Assembly (NCBI RefSeq): GCF_018977255.1
Contig: NW_024704754.1
Coordinates: 13,950,001 to 14,014,000 of the forward strand
Direction: 5' to 3'
DNA length: 64,000 nucleotides
DNA from: Callorhinchus milii
Lineage: Eukaryota
Part shown: piece by piece, positions 49,721-62,680 of the stretch
How positions within the stretch are numbered: position 1 is the first letter of the stretch
Layout of the letters: the number at the start of each line of letters is the position of its first letter
Notes under the pieces: model-generated
Told to the model about the DNA's origin: nothing
The model's input: the letters and a program-made list of their open reading frames with translations, nothing else
Databases searched by the model: none
Translations under genes and position numbers: made by a program

Positions 49721-51061
49721 AGGATCCTTATTATGCAATGGTATCTACCTTGAGGAACAATACAAATTAAACCCCCAGTATCACAGTTGTTTAGGTTCCT
49801 TTGATCTTTGTGTTGAAATTTTACTGCCACCCATGGACTTGTACCTCAGCAAGGAACACTTCAACACAGAAGCTGAAGGTAAGAAGTAATCCTGGATTAA
49901 ATATCATTGCAAATCATTGAAAAATCAGGCAGTGGAATTCTGACCCCAGTTCAACATCTTATCCAAAGGCAGAACTCCAGAACTTCAGTGCTCTCCCAGT
50001 TCTTCACTGAAAGATCAACTTGAACAACCTAATCCAAGCTCAAAGCCTCAAATAGGACTTGCCCCTCTTGGGCTCGGAGCTCAAACAATGGTATAATCTT
50101 AACTGCAAAATGAGTCAAACAACATTCAACTCTAAAAGCCCCTTCTTTCCATGGATTAACTGATGCTTTGCACAGCCCTCCTCTCCAAGACTTTGAGGTG
50201 CCATTCTCTAAGGCAGTATAGAGAAGATCACAGAAGCTGATAATAACAACTTACAATATTAATAATATAGGATAATAAAGTTGATAACATAGCTCCTTTC
50301 ATGTAAAATGAAGGTCTTGAAGCACTTTACAAAATGTTACCAATTAGAAATAACACTGAATGTTATATAGGCAAATATGCAGCCAATTTTCACCATTGGA
50401 TAAACAACAATGAGATGAGCAGTTCATTTCAATTTAATGTAAATTTTCACAAGATGGGGAATATAAACGAGAGTAACGAGAAGGAAAACTCCATATTTCT
50501 TTTTGAAATAGTATCCACCCAAATTACAAGGCGGGCGGAACTGAACTTCATCCAAAAATGTGATCTGGAAATAAATAATTAATAATGATCACCAGTGTTT
50601 GCAAGGATGAGCTCTGAGTAATGTTTAGATAAGACAGAGTTTCTGTTTAATGTGGACACTCCTAGCTCCTGGAACCTTCTCTCCCAAATATTCCTTGTGT
50701 ATAATTCTTACATTTAGTCAAGTGCCTTATCACGTCAGACATCAGCTCAACAAAATTACTGTGAAATAGTGTAATTGTATATTTGTAGGTAAATGCAATT
50801 ACGCACAGCAATATCCCACAAACTGCCATGAAACAAATGACCAGTTGTTATTTGTGGGATAATTGGCCAGGACACCTGGATAAAGTCCCTTCTCTTTTCG
50901 AAAAGTGCCATGGCATTTTTAAAGTCCACCTGAACAGTCAGACAGGACCTTTGGTTTAATGTCTCACTCAAAGAACGGATGAACAGAGTTGCCCTTAAAT
51001 TAATTTCCATTATTTTCCTGCACATCCCTCTGTTCCTAAATTTATAAACATTTGAAAAATT

Positions 51062-51395
51062 CGTGGAGTCCTGTAGCTCAGTGGTTAGAGCACTCGCTTT
51101 GCAAGCGAGAGACCTGAGTTCAATTCCAGGCAGAGGGCGAAACCTCGGGCAAGTTTCCTTACTCCACACAGAGCCTAATAATAATCCCTCCAAAAAACTA
51201 AAAACAATAATAAATTGGTCATTTTCAATCTACGACTGTTTGTGGGACATTGCTGTGCGCAATTGGCTGCCGCGTTCGCCCACAAATATACAGTCAATTC
51301 ACTTTACAGTATATTCTTTGAAGCGCTTTGGGACGTCCTCCCGACGTGAAAAGCGCTATATCAAATGCAAGGATTATTATTATTATTATTATTAT
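51062..51395 (+). mobile_element. Full-length tRNA-Ala(TGC) SINE, inserted after the tandem duplication
   Basis: Nearly identical to 19963-20290 and absent from the paralogous site at 44046. TSD AAATT (51057-51061) / AAACT (51396-51400). Confidence 0.92.
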
Positions 51396-52926
51396 AAACT
51401 GTTCCCTTTATCCTGAGTTTTTTGTGCCTGGTAAAAATTGGAATTTGCTAGTAGGCCTGTTAGCTACATCTCACCTTCTCACCATAGACCCAGAGGAAAG
51501 CAAGTTTTTTTTTATATAGCACCTCATTACATTTAAATTTCAATGTGCTTCACAGTAATAATTGTCAAATCTAGTTACCATCTGTATAGGCCAAAACAGC
51601 CGCTATTTGCAGCAGCAAAGTCCTATAAACAACCATGAGATGAATATTCTAATGATAATAATAAAAACTAATACTTATATTTGATTATAGGCCTTTCACG
51701 TTGGGAAGATGTCTCAAAATGCTTTGCGGAATTTACTGTAAATTTGAGTGACTATATTTTTGTGGGTGAATTTGGTAATTATTTTGTAACATTGCAATAT
51801 CCCACTAACAGTGATGAAATAAATGATCAATTTTATCCACCAATTCCCCCGCCCCAGCATTGCGAATGGTTCTGTGGGGGAGGGTGTGGAGCCAGGGTTT
51901 GCACATCTGGGTAATGTTTAAATGATAAGTTATCAATTCAAACCACATCATAGGATTCCTCTCTGTATTAAATGCTCTAAAATGTTCACCTGATGAGAAA
52001 GAGGATCTCCTGAACTCTTGATATTATGATAATTATAATCCTTGCATTTGATATAGCGCCCTATCACATCTTCGATACATTTCAAAGCAACACAGAGTAC
52101 ACTATAAATTGAATTGACTGTCCATTTTGTGGGCGAAACACGGCCGCCAATTGCGCACAGCAGTGTCCCACAAACATTCATTGGTTGAGTGACCAATTTA
52201 TCATTCTTTTTAAGGAATTATTACCCCTGAAAAGAGATCCACCAATCAATTAAGAACTGGGTTCCTACTTACTGGTAGGTAAACAGACGTGTGGAGTAAG
52301 GAAATGAGTGCTGAGCTTAAGCCTCTAATATACTACCCTGCGTGGAGGGCGCTATATAAGTGCAAGTTGTTGTTGTAGCTACTGGACTCCATTATAGTAT
52401 TTTGATTATCAATTACATTCCACCAGAAACTTGTTGTAGGATATCCTTTTAATAAGTAAAAGGCAGTTAAGAAACAGACCAAAGAGTGTACAGTATGTGA
52501 AATAAAAGATTTCATAACCTTATGCAACAGAATTTGTTAATTAGTTTCAATAGGAAATAATTGTCTCCTCTGTCACTACTGTTTCTTAATGCTTTTACTC
52601 GATACATTTCTCATCCGTTACACAATTCTGCAAACGCTGCAACCAGAAAGTGAACCCAGGAGATTTGGTTCCATCGAGATTAGTGCACAGTTCCTTATAA
52701 CTACAGCTGCCTTGCTCTGCTTCTGAAAAATTGGAAAAAATAAGTAGCTGAGTCAGGGAAAGAGAAGATGGAGTGAGTGAATCATTGGGAGAGGCAGGAA
52801 GGCTGATTACTCAGAGTGGGGTGTCACACAGAGAGAGATGGGGGAGATTACTGAGAGAGAGAGAGAGTGAGAGAAGGGGGGGGGGGGAGTCACTGAGAGA
52901 GAGAGGTGGGGGTTGCTGACAGAGAG

Positions 52927-53116
52927 NNNNNNNNNNNNNNNNNNNNNNNNNNNNNNNNNNNNNNNNNNNNNNNNNNNNNNNNNNNNNNNNNNNNNNNNNN
53001 NNNNNNNNNNNNNNNNNNNNNNNNNNNNNNNNNNNNNNNNNNNNNNNNNNNNNNNNNNNNNNNNNNNNNNNNNNNNNNNNNNNNNNNNNNNNNNNNNNNN
53101 NNNNNNNNNNNNNNNN
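52927..53116. other. Assembly gap (190 N) inside a GA/G-rich tract
   Basis: Run of n flanked by (GA)n. Confidence 1.
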
Positions 53117-53284
53117 AGAGAGAGAGATAGAAAAATGGGAATTACTGAGCGAAAGAGAGTGGGTGGGTGGGGGCTGCAGGGTTACTGAGAGAGCACGGAG
53201 AGGGTTACTGACAGATACACAAATAGATAGATGGAGAAAGAGTTACGAAGGTGAGATTAGAAATGCTGAGGGTCAGAATGCTGT

Positions 53285-54830
53285 ACTTGCAGTTCATGCT
53301 TTAGAAAGAGGAATAGGCCATTCAGCCCATCGAGCCTGTTCCGCCATTCTATAAGATCATGGCTGATGTGTACCTCAACTCCAATTACCCACTCTTGCCA
53401 CATATTGATTGATATTCTTACCTAACAAATACATTTTGGGTGGAAAACTGCCTCCTGATTTCACTCCTAAATGTCCTCGCTCTAATTTCAAGATGATGCC
53501 CCCTTGTTCTGGATTCCCCCCCACCAGAGGAAATAGTTTCTCTGTAGCCACCCTATCGAATCCCCTTATTATTTTAAAATCCTCAATTAGATTACCCCTC
53601 AACCTTCTAAACTCAAGGGAATATAGATCAAGTTTCCTGTCTTTAACCCTTTATGACCTGGTGTCATTCTGACGAATCTGCACCCACTCCAGAACCAATA
53701 TATCCTTCCTGAGGATATTCCAGTCCCCTTGAGATAAAGGCCAACATCCCATAAGCCATTTTCATAACGTTTTATATTTGTGAACCAGTTTTTAGTGATT
53801 TGTGTACGTAGACACAACAATCCTTTTGGCCCTCCACAGTTCTTAGTTCCTCATCATTTAGAAAATATTCTGTTTTGCTATTTTTGGATCCATAGAGGAT
53901 GACCTCACACTTCCCCACATTGAATTCCATATATCACATTTTGCCCACTTACATATTCTGACTATGCCCATTTGTCACTTCCTGCTCCCATCTACACAAT
54001 TTACTGAATCCCTAATTCTGTGCCATCTGCAAATTTTTACATAAAGCTCTCTATTCCTTCAGCCAAATCATTTATGTACGTGGTGAAAAGCTGAGGCCCC
54101 AGTACAGACCTTTAGGGAACACCACTTGTCATGTCCTGCCAATCAGAGAACGTTCCCCATGTCCCCACTCTCTGTTCCCTTCCTTCCAACTAATTACCAA
54201 GCCATGTTGCAAGGTTAATTCCGATTCCTTACATTACTCCTTCCTTATTTCATTTTGTCTGATAACTTCTTGTACGGAATTTTAGCAAATGCCTTCTGAA
54301 AGTCCAGTTAAGCAACTAAATTCATCAGACATTACCAACCCTTCCCAAATCCATGCTGACTCTCTTTGATTAGATCATACATGTATGAATGCTCAGTTAC
54401 TCTGTCCTTGATGAGAGATTCCAGTAACTTACCCACAACTCAAGTTAAGATGTCATGTCTCTAGTTATCTGGTTTTCTCCTTCCCTCCCTTCTTAAATAA
54501 TGGAGTGACATTTGCAATTTTCCAATCCAAGGGCACAATTCCCGAATATAGAGAGCTTTGAAAAATTATAACGCATCTCCAATTCCCACTCTACTTCTTT
54601 TAATATGCCAGGGTAGAATTCATCAGGTCCTGGAGATTTGTTTATCTTTAGTCCCATTATTTTCTCATTACCATTTTTATTCATATTAAATCCATTAATG
54701 ACTTCGCTTTGGCTTATTTTTATGTTCCATTGTACCGCTGGTATTTTGTCCACTTTCTCAACTGGCAAGACAGAAGCAAAGTATTCATTTAATGTTTTAG
54801 ATGACTCAGGTTCCTGATTAAGCAATGGTG
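53285..54830 (-). mobile_element. CR1 ORF2 fragment (unit 2)
   Basis: TLNEYFASV...LKINKSPGPDEFYPGILKEV and 3'-end motifs. Collinear with 48420-49720. Confidence 0.8.
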
Positions 54831-56015
54831 CCAGCTTTAAGGAACACTGCAAATTAAGCCCCCAGTAACACAGCTGTTTAAGTTCCTTTGATCGTTTTGT
54901 TGAAATTTCACTGCCATCCATGGAATTGTACCTCAGCAAGGAACACTTCAACACAAGAGCAGAACGTAAGCAGTAACCTTGCACCAAATATCAATTCAAA
55001 TCATTGAAAGAATCAGGGAGTGGAATTTTGACCCCAGTTCAACATCTTAACCAAAAGCAGAACTCCAGAAGTGCAGTGGTCTCCCAGTTCTTCACTGAAT
55101 CGTCAACCTAAACAACCTAACCCAAGCTGAAAGTCTCAAGCAGGAGTTGCCCCTCTTTGGGCTACATAGCCAAAAAAAACTGACAATTGTTAGATATTGG
55201 GGCAGAGTCATTTAAATAAGAATCATTTCTAAGTATTCTATTTGTCTAACACATGTGGGTGACAGATTGCTATCATTTGGTGGTGCAAAAGCCTGCCAGA
55301 TAGTGCTTGCAATGGCAAGCTGAGTAGTTTTAGCTGCTTAGACTGCAGCAGTAACCCCAACACACACTCTGTGGACCCAAAGCCTTCTTTCTTGCCTTGG
55401 TAACCTATGCCTGTTACTCTAGGAGGTGAGACAAGCAGGGTGCATCACTCCAGGGATTGTGTGAATTCCATTCCAGAAATAGGGAAATTTCTGTGTGTAA
55501 GTGGAATACATACGTGGAAATCTTATCATAGAATTATACAGCAGAGAAGGAGGCCATTCAGCCCATCGTGTCTGTGCCGGCTCTTTGAAAACAACTACCC
55601 AAATCAATCCCACTCCCCCGCTTTCTCCCCAGAGCCCTGCAAACTTGTCCTCCACAAATATTTATCTACTCTCTTAAAAGTTGTTATCGAATCGGGTTCC
55701 ACCACCCTTTCAGGCAAATTATTATCTGGTAAGTGATGAGTTTCCACATGCAACAAGCACCCAGCTGACTAAAATCTAGCGTAGTGTACTTCCTTTTTCT
55801 TTTCAGGATGCTATGCTCATGCAAGGATTATTATTAGACACATATGTGTGTCTGTGAGGTTATATTTCCTTTTGTCTCTGCATGTTGCTTTGATTAATTC
55901 TCGTTCTGCTGGTGTTTCCAGTCTCCTGCACAAGTTTAATAGAGTGAAGATCTTACTGGACACAAGAAAGGTACAGAGCACTGAGCTGTTTGTTTTACAA
56001 TGAAATGCGATGTTT

Positions 56016-56360
56016 AATAACCATAATCCTAGCATTTGATATAGTGCCTTATCAGATCGTTGAGATGTCTCAAAGTGCTTAACAGAATATACTGTAAAAT
56101 GGATTGACTGCATATTTTATGGGTAAAATGTGGCAGCTCATTGCACACAGCAATGTCCCACAAACATTTGTGGATTTAGTAACAAAATTATTATTTTTAT
56201 TTTATTTATTAATTTGAAGAAATTATTACCCACGGAAAGTGATCTGCCAATCGACCAACAACCGGATTGTTACTTACTGCTCGGTAAACAGAAGCGTGTG
56301 GAGTAAAGAAACTTGCTTAAGGTTTTGGCCCATCAGGGAATCGAGCCCGGGTCCTTTTGT
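56016..56360 (-). mobile_element. SINE of the same family, partial head
   Basis: Tail, core and T-arm remnant. Confidence 0.75.
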
Positions 56361-57535
56361 AAACCAAATCTGTTGGGAAACTGGTTATTTTTGAGAATCG
56401 TTACTTTGATAACAAACCACTATACAGAGGTTGCAAAGATTGCAAAGTTCCTTTGTGTGAAACAAACTATATCTGAATACAAGCTGTTGATGTTCTCCTT
56501 GCTGTGTGACCAAATTCATCAAAACTTATCAATGGAATTCAGTGAAGTGAAAGCAGCACTGCCTACGTACAGACTCCTGTGAGTTTCTGTTTTACTCAGA
56601 GAGTGGTAAATATGTGGAATGTCTGAGTCAGGGAGGCAGATTGTACAAGCAATTTCAGGAGGGAATTGGATATCTATTTGGTGAAGCAATCGATTATGCA
56701 GTTTCAGAGATGAAGTGGTGTACAAATGATACCAATTTGCGTACAGCAATGACCTACAAATACCATGAAGGAATGACCAATTTTGTTTGGAGATTGTTGG
56801 CCAGGACACTGGGAGAAGTGCTATAGGATCTTTAACGTCTATCTGAATAGACAGATAGGACCGCGGTTTAACATCTTATCCAAAGGATTGCATTCCCTCA
56901 ATGCAATGCTCCCTTAGCACAACATTGGAGTGTCCTCTTTGATGATAAAAGTTCCAAGTCCCAATGATGGGCTTGAACTCTCAACCTTAGAGGTGAGAGT
57001 GCTCCAAGCTAAGCCGGGATAACATGCATTTTTATATTCTTTAGTCTATACAAAGCTGGAAAGTAGAGCTTTCCGGGGCACAACAAACTCTGGACTCTAA
57101 AATGAGGATCGTCAGAAGATAGAAAAACAGGAACAGTGAACCCCTTGAGTTTGTTCAGCCAGTGTGGGGAAATGTTTTAATCCCAATGCCCATCTTTTCA
57201 CAGTAACCCTTTTTATCTCCATTAGTTACTACTAACAATAATCCTTGAATCTGTTATAGTGGCAATAACATCTCGAAGAGCTTAATGATTTCTCTGAGAA
57301 GTGTAGTATTTGAGTTCTTCTAGATGAACTTGGCAACTAATTTGCAAACAGCAATGTCCCACCAACCTTGAAGTGGATGGTTACCAACTGAACCCGGCTG
57401 ACATCTATTACCCACGTATCCATCCCGTTCTAAAATCCCTATTAATCGCTACAGCTTTCTGGGATCAAGCATTTCACCTCCTCGCAAATCTCTGTGTGAA
57501 TAAATGCTTCTGACTGCAGTACTAACCCCATATAA

Positions 57536-57859
57536 TGGAGTCCTGTAGCTCAGTGGTTAGAGCACTCGCTTTGCAAGTGAGAGACCTGAGTTCAATTCCA
57601 GGCAGGGCGAAACCTTGGGCAAGTTTCCTTACTCCACACGCCTAATAATAATCCCTCCAAAAAATAAAAACAATAATTAAATTGGTCATTTTCAATCTAC
57701 GACTGTTTTGTGGGACATTGCTGTGCGCAATTGGCTGCCGCGTTCGCCCACAAATATACAGTCAATTCACTTTACAGTGTGTTCTGTGAAGCGCTTTGGG
57801 ACGTCCTCCTGACGTGAAAAGCGCTATATCAAATGCAAGGATTATTATTATTATTATAA
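57536..57859 (+). mobile_element. Full-length tRNA-Ala(TGC) SINE
   Basis: Nearly identical to the 19963 and 51062 copies, with flanking TATAA as a probable TSD. Confidence 0.88.
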
Positions 57860-58189
57860 TGATGCTTCTACCAGAAGGAAGAGTTCTCCACTATCTAACC
57901 TGTCAATTTGTTTCATTAATTTAAATACTTCAATCAAATCATCCATTAACCTCCCCTACTCTAAGGAACAGTCTTTCTCTTCTACCCAGCCTTTCATTAT
58001 TACAAACCCAGTTAGCCCAGGTATTAATCGAGTGAACCATCACTGAATACCCTACAACGTTATTTTATAACCCACCCTATATCCTTTCTAAGAATTGGTG
58101 TCCAAAACCCAACACAAACTCCAAATGAGGTCTGACATCTGACCAATATTCTGTATAACTGGAGAAGAACTTTCTTACTTTTATACTAC

Positions 58190-58810
58190 AGACCTCTATG
58201 CAACGCTCTGCTCACCAGACTACCCAACTCTTCACCTCATGAGCTATCACAGTCACAGACAATCCAGAACTCTGCAGCTTTTGTCCCCTCAAGCACCAAG
58301 CTGTGCGAGCCTATCACCCTCCTCATCGGCTCTATTACCTTTACATCCAGAGTGGATCAAGTTCAAGATCCTAATTCTCACCTTCAACTCACTCCACAGT
58401 ATTGCCCCACCCCACCTCTGTGACCTTTTTCAACCCTACCGACCCTTTGCTCAACAGGCACGGGCTTGCTTTGTGTCCCTTACTCTATCTGCCCTATATT
58501 TGGCAGACTAGCTTTCAGATATTCTGCCCTTGCTGTCTGTAACTCCATCCCAGAGACCCTCTGACTCGATCCCTCTTTCACCTTGTTCAAGGTCCATCTG
58601 AAATCCTACCTCTTTGACCGCTCTTTCAGTCATCCCTCCACTGTTCAGCAAAATAAATTCCTTTCATTAGTGCCTTTCACGTCGGGAGAACGTCCAAAGA
58701 TGCTGAATAGCCCCCTTAGTTCCCACCCCTAACTCACCTATTCAACCAGCAGTGTCACGCACTTTGCCCTCCCAATGTGAAAGGTGCTGTATAAATGTAA
58801 ATTGCATTGT
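58190..58810 (+). mobile_element. L2 3' fragment with tail(s)
   Basis: IQNSAA...LHPEWIKFKILILTFNSLH-type motif and a terminal stem-loop. Confidence 0.7.
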
Positions 58811-58939
58811 ATATTGAATGATAAATTCCATCTTCCATAGTTTGTCCACTCTCTTAGTCTGTCTGTGTCTCTTTGCAATGTTTGCCTGTCTTGATGTAAG
58901 TTGATACTAGGATTTTCAGGGTAAATTGTTCTGCATTTT

Positions 58940-59165
58940 GTGCTGAATCCCCACCCTGTGCTGTGTTAGCTGATCTCAGGTGGGCAATAGCAGGAGCTCA
59001 ACAACTGGCCTGATTGTTCCTGGTTTAGGGAAAATCAGCCAGGATCCCTGCTCCTGATGGCTGTGCAGCAATGCCAACTGGAGGTGTGGATGTTAGATAG
59101 CAGAGTCAGCCACGGTAGCATCCTACAGTAAAAATAATCTGCTCACGTTCAATGTCAGGCTTCAC
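58940..59165 (+). mobile_element. LF-SINE-like element (related pieces near 19400-19615, 21545-21970, 60820-60940)
   Basis: gtgttagctgatctcag...ggaaaatcagccagg...ctcctgat motifs, and the tail motif cacacatgaaga in related copies. Assignment is from recalled consensus, not from a search. Confidence 0.5.
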
Positions 59166-61077
59166 ATCTCAGAATCATAGAATCTTACAACACAGAAGGT
59201 GGCCATTCGGCCAACTTTTGCCTGTGACGGCTCTTTCGAAGCGCTACCCAATCATTCCCATTCCCCCGATCATTCCCCATAACCCTACAAAATTTTTATT
59301 TTCAAGTACCTATCTAATTCCCTTTTGAAAGTTGTTATTGAATCTGTTTCCACCACCATTTAAGGCAGTGCATTCCACACCGTAACAACACTGTAAAAAA
59401 AATTCTCCTCATCTCCCCTCTGGTTCTTTTGCCAATTATTTTAAATCTATGTGTCCTGGTTACTGACCCACCAGCCAGTGGAAACAGTTTCTCCCTATCT
59501 ATTCTATCAAAACCTCTATGAAAATACATATGAATCATGATCACTTGGTTATGAAGTCACAGGGAAATGGTATACAATGAGAAGGAAGAGAGGATGGTGC
59601 AAGGGGAGAAAATTAAAAATGTAATGTTTGATTCATAATGAAAAATATAATCTTTGTTAAAAACTATATAACATCTCTCATCCCCATTTTGCAAAACTGA
59701 AGTAGTAATTTCCCGATAGCAAAAGGCTGCTTTGCGGCTGGAACTTTAGGGTTCACCTCCCTTTAACAAGATTATGCACATTTCCCTTCACTTTAATAAG
59801 ATTGCGCAGATTATTTGTTGTGGACACAACCCATAGTGTGAAATTCTGACGTGTTCCCAGAGTTTCAACATCAATTTCTCACTCACAAAGCACTGTGCGT
59901 TATGCAATGAATCAGTATTGAATGTCTCAAATTTTAACAGGGATGTTTTTGAGGCAATATAATAATAATCCTTGCATTTGATATAGCGCTTTTCTTGTCT
60001 TCTTGACGTCTCAAAGCGCTTCACACAATATATTGTAAAGTCAATTGACTGTATTTTTGTGGGCGAATAATAAGATACCTCTTGAATAGTTTTAATTTTG
60101 AAAACAATTTTATATTGGAAACAAGACAATACAGTTTACATTTACAAGTACCTTTCACGTCGAGATGGCTGGGCACCCGAGCTGGGGGTGGGAGCTGAAG
60201 AGGGTGGGAGGGGAAAGATGACTGAAAGCAGATGTCAACCTTGAAGCAGGTTTTGAATGTGGGCAGTTCAAGTATCTATACTAATTACCTGCTCACATTG
60301 GCCCATCATTTATCAACCCATCCTATCCTCTCTTTGTATTTTCTTCCTCTTTTCTTCTTTTTAACCAGTTTTAGTATTTTTTCCACCACTTTCTCGTTGT
60401 TTGTCATGTTAATGACCTTGAATACTTCTTTGTATTTTCCGTGATCAAGCTTTCACATCAGTTGGTAATCATCCTGGTTACCCCACTTGTTACTCGTAGC
60501 CCCAGTAAATAATAATAATCCTTGCATTTGATATAGCGCCTTATCACGTTGTTGAGGCTACAGTCCCGGACTTGAAGGCTGTTTCTCTCAGCGATCGCTC
60601 GTGCCCTGCTCCCGGTAGCTGGCGTGGCAGAGTGAGGGCTCGGCTCTGGGAAAGTTGGAAGAAATCCCGGGCGGGAGGTGAAAGGGAGAAATCAGAAAAA
60701 GCAACGGGGGCTGGTGGCAGGACCACCTATCTGTAGGATGATCCAGTTAGAGTGCGGGATGGGTTGTTGGACAGGTGGTTAGCTGAAAGGAAAAGCGTGG
60801 TTGCTGTGGCGAGTCCCTCACTGTGCTGAGTCCACAACCTGTGCTGATCTCTGCTGAGTGGTAGCAGGAGCTCTGCAACTGGCCTGAGTGTTCCTGATTT
60901 AGGGATGGGAAAATCAGCTGGGATCCACTAGGCTCCAGTTTGTGGTTGTTCCTCATGGAATTTCCCAATAAGGACTCATTTCGGTAACTTGAAGTATAAC
61001 AATGTGATCCACAGGAAACAAACCCCAACCCAATTTACTTCTAAGGAAGCACTTGACAATTCTAATGGGATAATCAT

Positions 61078-61372
61078 AATATTAATATTATATCCTTCAA
61101 TTTGATATGGGGTCTAATCACGTCTTTGAGACGTCTCAAAGCGCTTCATACAATATATTGTAAACTAAATTGACTGTCGTGGATTGACTGACAAAATTAT
61201 TATAATTTTTTTTTGAAGGGATTATTACCCACAGAAAAGTGATCCGCCAATCAACTAGCAACCGGGTTCCTACTTTCTGCAAGGTAAACAGAAGCTTGTA
61301 GAATAAGGAAACTTGCCCAACATTTTGCTCTGCTGGGAATTGAACCCACTTCTCTAACCACTGAACTACAAG
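61078..61372 (-). mobile_element. SINE of the same family, internally deleted head
   Basis: Tail, core and the head remnant ctaaccactgaactaca. Confidence 0.72.
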
Positions 61373-61789
61373 ACAACAGGCGTCTAATGCTTTAACTTAA
61401 ACTTCCGGTGGTAACAAGACTAGAATGGTCAAAGGGTGAGATATCACCAGAGGGAAGCTAACTTTGAAATTAACAGTTTTTTTCATCGGTCGAGTATTTG
61501 ACAAATGTAGAAACCCTTCACCATAGTTATTAAGAGTATTCAAACCAGACTGAGGGTTCCGTGCATGTTGTGTACAAATGGAAGTTCCCCTGTGAAATGA
61601 CATATGCACTCATTCCCAAGAGCGACCTCCGTCCTTACCTAATTCTGGAGAGAGACAAGGCTTTGGGACTCTAGAGTGTATATAAGACTACTTCTGGAGT
61701 TTAACCAGCTGCAACTGTATTACCACCTAGCAAGAAAAAATGGGAAAAATAATTTCAATCACTCCCTCCACATACAATTTATTATAATC

Positions 61790-62024
61790 CTGAGCTGAGT
61801 TAATGTGCGAGAAGACAATGAATGGCCAGTGTCTCAGTCCACAGATGTAGGAGTTTACAGAGCAGTTCCTGCTGAACAAATGCAGCCCAGTTTCAATACT
61901 GTGTGTGTGTGTGTGTGTGTGTGCGGACAGTGGTTCGTTGTCGATGGCTCATTGTGCAGGTATCAATGTGTCTGATTGTTCTCTGCTCCTCTCTCCACGT
62001 TCTCTCCAGGCTGTGATCCACACA
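61790..62024 (+). promoter_or_regulatory. Putative proximal promoter/5'UTR of gene 2
   Basis: Copy of 21112-21348 that differs only within the (TG)n tract. Confidence 0.4.
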
Positions 62025-62076
62025 ATGAGTGTCTCTCACTGCATGCTGGCACTGCTGCTCGCGTGTCTCATCCAGG
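62025..62076 (+). CDS. Siglec-like paralog (gene 2), signal-peptide exon (MSVSHCMLALLLACLIQ-G); rest of gene beyond window
   Basis: Identical to 21349-21400 except one C>T (Ala3Val), with the same acceptor and the same gtaagg donor. No Ig exon is found in 62077-64000, which fits a first intron like the 2.35-kb one in gene 1. Confidence 0.7.
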
Positions 62077-62244
62077 GTAAGGCTGTTTCACCCTTTACCA
62101 CCATTATCTCTCTGCTTTAGATCAGTGGTAATCACTAACCATGTGCAAGAGCTTTTCCCAGGAACCCTCTGTCACCATGAAGTGATGGGCTTTGAGGCAG
62201 ATCCTGATTCCCATAGAGAGAGCTTCTGGGCAGGTGAGACATAG

Positions 62245-62680
62245 TAATAACAACAACAACCACAACAACTTGCATATATATAGTACCCCTCATGCCAGGT
62301 AGCGACCCAAAGCACTTGACAATGGTGAAGCACGATGCTGAGCCGGGGGGGTGGGGGAGGTGACCGTAGGCACGGTCAAAGAGAAGGTCTTCTGGTGCGA
62401 TCTGAAGATGGGGAGGAAGGGGGTAAGGTGGAGGGATAGAGGAAGAGTGTTCCAGAGATTTTGGGCACAGTAGCTAAAAGAACGTCCACTGATGGTGGAA
62501 CAGGAGCGACATGCAATTGGCCAGAGCCAGTCAAGTGGAGGCAGCGGGTAATGGGTTGAGGAGTAAGCAGGTCGGAGAAGTAGGGAAGTGGCAGAGTACG
62601 AGGAGATTTGAAAACAAGTGTAAGTATCTTGAAATCATTCAGCGTTAAGGAGCCAGTGGTGATTGGCTAGTAGTAATATG
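62245..62680 (-). mobile_element. L2 3' fragment in intron 1 of gene 2
   Basis: (CAA)n tail and L2 3' region on the minus strand. Confidence 0.7.

Larger units (their letters stand above)
43103..50085 (+). repeat. Tandem segmental duplication, unit 1
   Basis: Collinear with 50087-55162. Both units start aatggtataat.ttaa...atgagtcaaacaacattcaac and end ...ttgcccctct(t)tgggct. Confidence 0.85.
50087..55162 (+). repeat. Tandem segmental duplication, unit 2
   Basis: Collinear copy of unit 1 that differs by TE insertions and deletions. Contains the N gap. Confidence 0.85.

Noticed and set aside
52906-53188. ORFs spanning the N run
   Set aside because: Artefacts of translating the assembly gap.
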